DNA from: an uncultured bacterium
GTDB lineage: Bacteria > Desulfobacterota > BSN033 > UBA1163
Length of the DNA: 64,000 nucleotides
Direction: 5' to 3'
Assembly (NCBI GenBank): GCA_938045955.1
Contig: CALIBK010000006.1
Coordinates: forward strand, 312-64,311
Notes under the pieces: generated by a model
Database searches by the model: none
Seen by the model: only the letters and a program-made list of their open reading frames with translations
Told to the model about the DNA's origin: nothing
Translations under genes and position numbers: made by a program
Part shown: piece by piece, positions 58,768-64,000 of the stretch
How the letters are laid out: every line of letters starts with the position of its first letter
How positions within the stretch are numbered: the first letter of the stretch is position 1

Positions 58768-58982
58768 GGGTAAAGAAATACGAGGAAAGGTCACCGGTAG
58801 ATTTTCTTCTTCTCAGGGAGAAACTCGGACTGAAGAGATACCGAAAGACGGCCAAAAGAGATGAAGAGAAAAGGGAGATTCTCTTGGAACTCGGCTTAAA
58901 GAAAATAAAAGAGAAAGAAAAAGGCGACTTTATTCCACTTGGCTACAGAAGAAGAAAAGTTAAAATTTTATCTGAAGAATAA
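58764..58982 (+). CDS. Small basic / charged protein (72 aa) translationally coupled (ATGA overlap) to the nucleotidyltransferase
   Basis: ORF overlaps the upstream stop by 4 nt. Lys/Arg/Glu-rich with no recognisable domain. Confidence 0.4.
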   Translation: MRVKKYEERSPVDFLLLREKLGLKRYRKTAKRDEEKREILLELGLKKIKEKEKGDFIPLGYRRRKVKILSEE

Positions 58983-59130
58983 ACCCTTTCAAAAATCTCT
59001 CGAATCTACGTTTTGAATGATCTTTCTGACTGATTGAATCATAATCTTTCCCTTAACTTAATGTTCGAAAGAGGAATTGCCTTATTGACCAAACCCCCTA
59101 AATTTGGTATTCATAAAAATAATAAATCTT

Positions 59131-61026
59131 ATGCCGTTTGGATATAATGGAAAGATATTAAGGGTTGATCTGGACAGGGGATCCATAAGCATTGAGGAAC
59201 CGGACGAAAACGTATATTGCCGCTATCTTGGAGGAGGAACGTTTGCCCTCTATTATCTATTGAAGGAATTCAAGCCGAAGTCTGATCCTCTCGGGCCAGA
59301 AAATATCCTCGTATTTATAGGCTCCGTCATCTCCGGGACACCTGCCGTGGGGTTAAGCCGTTTCTCTGCTGCAGCGAAATCCCCTTTGACTAATGCCTTC
59401 GGGGAAGCAGAGGCAGGCGGGTGGTGGATCCCCGAATTAAAGTTTGCAGGGTACGATGCCGTTATCATTAAGGGAAGGGCAAACCACCCGGTCTATCTCT
59501 GGATTCATGATGGTGAGGCCGAGATTAAGGATGCCCGCCATCTCTGGGGAAAGTTTACGAAAGAAACCCAGGAAGAGATTAGAAAGGAACTTCGAGATGA
59601 GCACATCCGAATCGCCTCGATCGGACCTGCTGGGGAGAAGTTAGTAAGGGTTGCCTGTATTCTGAACGAGCTCAAACATGCCAATGGCAGAACGGGTCTG
59701 GGCGCTGTGATGGGATCGAAGAACCTAAAGGCCATTGCAGTGAGAGGGAACAAGCGAATGGAGGTAGCCGATGAAGAAGCGGTAAGGAGAATAACGAAAT
59801 GGCTGAGAGATACTTATGAAGAACCTTACTTTAGCATAGGGAATCTCGGGACAGCCCGTGTTACGGTAATGCTGAGTGAGCAGGGTATTCTTCCTACCTT
59901 TAATTTTAGACAGGGTTCATTCGAAGGGGCTGAGGCCATCAGTGGCGAGACCATGTCCAAAACGATTCTGGTTCGCAGAGGAACATGCTATGGGTGCTTC
60001 ATCAGGTGCAAAAGGGAGGTCCGTGTTACGGAACCTTATCTGGTGGACCCAATCTATGGAGGACCTGAATATGAGACGGTGGCCGCCTTTGGCTCTATGT
60101 GTGGCATAGACAACTTAAAAGCCATCTCCTGGGCGAATCAACTCTGTAATGCCTATGGCCTTGATACTATTTCAACGGGAGGCCTCATCTCTTTTGCCAT
60201 GGAGTGTTACGAGAACGATATCCTCAAGAGCACCGATACGGGCGGACTCGACCTTCGCTTCGGCAATGTGGAAGCTATGATCAAAATGGTCGAAATGATC
60301 GGAAAACGTGAAGGCTTAGGGGATCTTCTCGCCGATGGAATGTCCTTGGCAGCAAGGAAACTTGGTAAAGGGGCTGAAGGCTTTGCAATGCATGTCAAAG
60401 GAATGCCTCTTCCCTTCCATGAACCAAGAGGAAAGGTTGGAGTGGGGATCGGTTACGCTGTATCTCCAACTGGGCCTGATCATATGGAATTTCCACACGA
60501 TCCTTTTTGGGCGACCGATGCCGGCATCTCTCTTCTCAGACCTTTGGGAATTCTTGAGCCTGTCGATGTTTTTGACCTTGGACCAAAGAAGGTGAGGCTC
60601 TTCGTCTATCTTCAGCAATACTGGGATCTCCTTAACTCCCTGGGAATCTGTATGTTTACAGCAAAACCCTTTGGACCCCATACCTTCAATGAAATCGTTG
60701 ATTATGTGAAGGCAGTCACTGGATGGGAGACAAGCCTCTTTGATCTTTTAAAAGTTGGAGAGAGACACGCAAATATGGCGAGAATCTTTAATCTTCGGGA
60801 AGGCCTTACGTCAAAAGATGACATCCTTCCAGAGCGATTATTTCAACCGATGGAGGGAGGTACACTAAAAGGAAAGAAGATAGACCAGGAAGAGTTCTTG
60901 AAGGCCATAAAAACGTATTATCAAATGATGGGCTGGGATCCTGAATCCGGTGTTCCTAAAAAAGAAAAATTGGCCGAATTGGATCTCGATTGGCTCATCG
61001 ATTATGCCCCTTCCCTTTTTTCTTAA
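59131..61026 (+). CDS. aor: Tungsten-containing aldehyde:ferredoxin oxidoreductase (AOR family)
   Basis: N-terminus MPFGYNGKILRVDL, the AOR N-domain, and 4Fe-4S/pterin ligand region (E...H, CxxC...C: RGTCYGCFIRC). ATG at 59131 preferred over the TTG at 59104. Confidence 0.85.
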   Translation: MPFGYNGKILRVDLDRGSISIEEPDENVYCRYLGGGTFALYYLLKEFKPKSDPLGPENILVFIGSVISGTPAVGLSRFSAAAKSPLTNAFGEAEAGGWWIPELKFAGYDAVIIKGRANHPVYLWIHDGEAEIKDARHLWGKFTKETQEEIRKELRDEHIRIASIGPAGEKLVRVACILNELKHANGRTGLGAVMGSKNLKAIAVRGNKRMEVADEEAVRRITKWLRDTYEEPYFSIGNLGTARVTVMLSEQGILPTFNFRQGSFEGAEAISGETMSKTILVRRGTCYGCFIRCKREVRVTEPYLVDPIYGGPEYETVAAFGSMCGIDNLKAISWANQLCNAYGLDTISTGGLISFAMECYENDILKSTDTGGLDLRFGNVEAMIKMVEMIGKREGLGDLLADGMSLAARKLGKGAEGFAMHVKGMPLPFHEPRGKVGVGIGYAVSPTGPDHMEFPHDPFWATDAGISLLRPLGILEPVDVFDLGPKKVRLFVYLQQYWDLLNSLGICMFTAKPFGPHTFNEIVDYVKAVTGWETSLFDLLKVGERHANMARIFNLREGLTSKDDILPERLFQPMEGGTLKGKKIDQEEFLKAIKTYYQMMGWDPESGVPKKEKLAELDLDWLIDYAPSLFS

Positions 61027-61206
61027 AATTCACTTTACTGAACCTGTCAGCGCTCTAACCGAAAAAGGGATCGAATCTCCGAAAATATTCATTCCGAAAT
61101 AGAATTCATGAAGAATTAAAGAAAAGAGCCTTATCCCTAAAATGAAGTAATTTCATAATTTCCAAAGAAAAAAATAGTCCAAAAAACAAAAAATCCCCCG
61201 GCCTAA

Positions 61207-62373
61207 TTAATCTCAGGAGATGGTTATGCCCTTGCCTATCGAGCAGGAGCTGAATTGGTGAATATGGAATTTATCCAGATTGGTCCTGCCTCTCTTAAGA
61301 CCAGACTGAATTGCTCCGGAAGCCTGATGAGGGCTCTGCCCAGGGTGATTAATGAAAAGGGGGAAGAGTTTTTAAAAAATTACTTCCCCAAGGCGACTTC
61401 TCCCTCCGAAATCAGCAATCTTATTTTTGAGAAAGGCTCAAGCTGGCCAGTCTCTATAGAGAAGAGAACCCATATCCTTGATGTGGCCATGTTTAAAGAA
61501 ATATATCGAGGACACCGGATTTATCTCGATTACCGGTTTAATCCAGAAGGATTTCGATTTCAAGATCTGGATCCAAAATGGCAGGAAAGGTACCAAAGAG
61601 AAATTAAAAATCCTGCTCCTTCGGAATGGAGAGAAAGGTCCCCATTCGATCGTCTTTTAGAGATTAATCCTGAGTCGATCGAATGGCTAAAAGAATACGG
61701 AATTGACCTTACGAAGGGAGACCTTATAGAGATCGCCCCCTGTATTTAACACTTCCAGGGAGGGGTCAAGATTAGAAAAAGGGGGGAGACATCTCTAAAG
61801 GGACTCTTTGCTGCGGGAGAATGCGCTGGGGGTCAGCATGGAGCTAATCGTCCCGGAGGAAATGCCCTGCTGGATGGTCAGGTTTTCGGAAGAATTGCAG
61901 GTCGCGAAGCCGCCCTTGAGGCAATGAGAATCGAACCTCCAGGAATTCCCCAAAAACAGATCCAAACCTATATGAAGGAGCTTAAAAATCTAAACGAAGG
62001 AGAAAGAGCGTCGGAAATAAGAAAGGAGATTCAATCCCTTACCTCTCAGTTTGCCAGTATCGTTCGAACTGAGAAGGGATTAAAAGAGGGATTGATAATC
62101 CTTAAATTCTTAAAGAAAAAAGGAATTGCTCAGGATGAAAAAGGCCTTATCTTTGCACTGGAGACAAAAAACTTGATGGAAGTCGCTGAGATGATCTTCC
62201 GGGCCTGTCTTTTAAGAAAAGAATCTCGAGGCCCTCATCTCTTTTTTGAACGTTTTGATGATTTAAAGCCTGTCTCATCAAAAGACCCGGAGTGGAGAAA
62301 ATATATTGTCCTTCGAAAGGAAGGCGAAAAGATGATCCTTATGAAAAGAGCCCCCGTTCCATTGTCTTTTTGA
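61207..62373 (+). pseudogene. Remnant of an FrdA/SdhA/NadB/KstD-type FAD flavoprotein. The N-terminal FAD-binding domain is absent and there is an in-frame TAA at 61747-61749.
   Basis: Frame-1 translation gives ...GDGYALAYRAGAELVNMEFIQ... then TAA, then ...GLFAAGECAGGQHGANRPGGNALLDGQVFGRIAG.... No upstream coding capacity between AOR (ends 61026) and 61207. Confidence 0.6.
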
Positions 62374-62399
62374 TAGGAGGAAATTCGGTGGAGTTCAAA

Positions 62400-63596
62400 A
62401 TGATTCGCTCTCCCATCCCCATAGGCAAAAAGGTTGCCTCTAATCGAATTGTTAATCAACCCATGGAATGTAACGATGGGGACTCCTGTGGAAATCCAAC
62501 AGAACTTACGTTTAAACGCTATCGGAAACTCGCTGAGGGAGGGGCAGGAATCATCTTTATCGAATCCATGACCTTTACTTATAAAAGTCGGGCAAGGAAG
62601 AATCAATTAAAGATTTCTGAAGACACAGCAAAGGGGCTGGAAAAGCTGGTGAGAGAGATGAGAGAGATCAATCCTCATCCTCTCATTTTGTTTCAAATCA
62701 CCCATTCAGGGAGGTACAGTGGATCAGATTTCTCAAACGTGGTTTCTGTTTATCCAACAGGAGATCCCCAAGTCCATCTACTTACCGAAAAAGAGATCGA
62801 AGAGATAAGCCAGGGGTTTGTCAAAGCCACCCTGATCGCCAAACAGGTAGGGGCTGATGGCATCGATTTCAAACATTGTCATGGATACCTGTGTGGGGAG
62901 ATCCTTAGACCTGCCAACCGAAGGCCTGATCGTTTCGGAGGGAGTTTTGAAAATAGAACAAGGTTTTTCCGCGAGACAATGGAACAGATTAAGAAAGCGA
63001 TCGGAAGGGACTCCTTTCTTCTCGGCTTGAGGTTTTCAATCTACGAGGGGATTCCAGGAGGATTTGGGACTCCGGGTCCAGAAGAGGTGGAAGAGGATCT
63101 CTCCGAGCCTCTCCGTTTTGCAAAGATGGTTGAGGAAACAGGAATGGATTTTATCAATGTCTCCGCTGGAATTCCTGCGATCACCCCTGAAATCGTAAGA
63201 CCTACAAAAAAATATCCTGAAGGGATTTATCGACATTTTGGATGGGCTAAAGCAATAAAGCAGATGGTCCGAATTCCAGTGATTGGCTCAGGGTACAGCT
63301 ATCTTCGGGACGGAAAGAACGACCTCAAAGAATCCGATCCATCGAAGAAGAGTTTTCTTTACTGGGCAGAAAAGAATCTTAAAGAGGGTAAAGTGGATCT
63401 GGTGGGAATTGGAAGACAGTCCCTTGCAGATCCCCTCTTTGCCAGAAAGATTCTTTCAGGGAATCTCGATCAGATCAATTATTGCACCGCCTGTGGAGGA
63501 TGTAGTGTGCTGTTAGGTTCTCAGAAAGAGGTGGGGTGTGCGGTCTATGACGAATATTACAAAGAAGTGCTGAGAAAAATTAAAAATGAAATCTGA
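62400..63596 (+). CDS. Old Yellow Enzyme-family NAD(P)H:flavin oxidoreductase (ene-reductase / 2,4-dienoyl-CoA reductase-like)
   Basis: TIM-barrel FMN motifs (HCHGYLCGEIL..., GRDSFLLGLRFS, VDLVGIGRQSLADP) and a C-terminal Cys cluster CTACGGCS. Start at the ATG 62400 after SD GGAGGAAA; the earlier part of ORF 62292 overlaps the flavoprotein remnant. Confidence 0.75.
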   Translation: MIRSPIPIGKKVASNRIVNQPMECNDGDSCGNPTELTFKRYRKLAEGGAGIIFIESMTFTYKSRARKNQLKISEDTAKGLEKLVREMREINPHPLILFQITHSGRYSGSDFSNVVSVYPTGDPQVHLLTEKEIEEISQGFVKATLIAKQVGADGIDFKHCHGYLCGEILRPANRRPDRFGGSFENRTRFFRETMEQIKKAIGRDSFLLGLRFSIYEGIPGGFGTPGPEEVEEDLSEPLRFAKMVEETGMDFINVSAGIPAITPEIVRPTKKYPEGIYRHFGWAKAIKQMVRIPVIGSGYSYLRDGKNDLKESDPSKKSFLYWAEKNLKEGKVDLVGIGRQSLADPLFARKILSGNLDQINYCTACGGCSVLLGSQKEVGCAVYDEYYKEVLRKIKNEI

Positions 63597-63631
63597 TAAA
63601 GAAATAAAAAATATTGAAAGGAGGAGAGATA

Positions 63632-64000
63632 ATGTACGATATTGTGACCTTCGGTGAGGCCATGGTAAGGCTCTCGCCTCCCCACTTTCAAAGATTGGAG
63701 CAGGCAAGGACACTGGATCTTCATGTGGGAGGAGCGGAACTGAATGTGGCGGTGGGTGTGACACGATTTGGAATGAAGAGCGCCTGGGTCTCCAAACTTC
63801 CAAAGAATTCATTGGGATGGCTGATCCGGGATCGGGCTCAGGAATTTGGAGTGGATTGCTCCCATATAGTCTGGTCAGATCAAGGAAGAGCAGGAATCTA
63901 TTTTGTGGAATTTGGGGCTTCCCCCCGGGCCTCCAGTGTCCTTTACGATCGAAGTCATTCAGCCATCAGCATGGTTCAGCCCGGGGAGATTGATTGGGCA
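63632..64000 (+). CDS. kdgK: PfkB-family sugar kinase, 2-dehydro-3-deoxygluconokinase (KdgK)-like. 5' portion only; runs off the window.
   Basis: N-terminus MYDIVTFGEAMVRLSPP and GGAELNVAVG are typical KdgK/PfkB motifs. SD AAGGAGGAGAGA. Confidence 0.7.
   Translation, partial: MYDIVTFGEAMVRLSPPHFQRLEQARTLDLHVGGAELNVAVGVTRFGMKSAWVSKLPKNSLGWLIRDRAQEFGVDCSHIVWSDQGRAGIYFVEFGASPRASSVLYDRSHSAISMVQPGEIDWA

Noticed and set aside
61747-61749. In-frame TAA in the flavoprotein gene as programmed recoding
   Set aside because: TAA is not a Sec (TGA) or Pyl (TAG) codon. The gene also lacks its entire N-terminal FAD domain, so decay is the simpler explanation.

Overview
This 64-kb window is a bacterial chromosome segment of about 45% GC from a diderm, probably anaerobic, organism. 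Coding density is high and many genes use GTG/TTG starts.

The core is a complete, co-linear division and cell-wall (dcw) cluster on the minus strand: mraZ-rsmH-ftsL-ftsI-murE-murF-mraY-murD-ftsW-murG-murC-murB-ddl-ftsQ-ftsA-ftsZ. ligA is transcribed divergently from mraZ.

Left of the dcw cluster, in order:
- rsmE-prmA.
- A Ni/Co ECF transporter (cbiM-cbiQ-cbiO) behind a Fur-family regulator that has a perfect 24-bp palindrome in its promoter.
- A multi-PAS histidine kinase.
- A peptidoglycan-recycling operon: SpoIID/LytB, AmpG, MurU, AmgK, GT2.
- An M20 amidohydrolase/MFS operon whose leader region contains a compact 18-codon small gene with its own promoter, strong RBS and terminator.
- A receiver-domain::LpxC fusion gene followed by an excisionase-type HTH gene.
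- A PflX-type radical SAM gene.
- A classical sirtuin.
- A block of envelope and unknown proteins that includes a B12-binding radical SAM gene.

Right of ligA are DUF47-PiT, then a putative nucleoside / sugar-acid catabolic cluster: nucleoside hydrolase, ribokinase, Ni-pincer LarA homologue, DapA-family aldolase, 2-hydroxyacid dehydrogenase. Beyond that are a tungsten-type aldehyde:ferredoxin oxidoreductase, a decayed flavoprotein gene, an OYE-family reductase and a PfkB kinase.

Two families of short interspersed repeats recur at three intergenic sites each. One is the widespread hairpin element whose spurious translation gives SFPRxRESS / VIPAxxGIQ / FRRNDG peptides. One copy supplies the -35 of a Pol-beta nucleotidyltransferase / small-ORF pair.

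No rRNA, tRNA, CRISPR, integrase or transposase was recognised.
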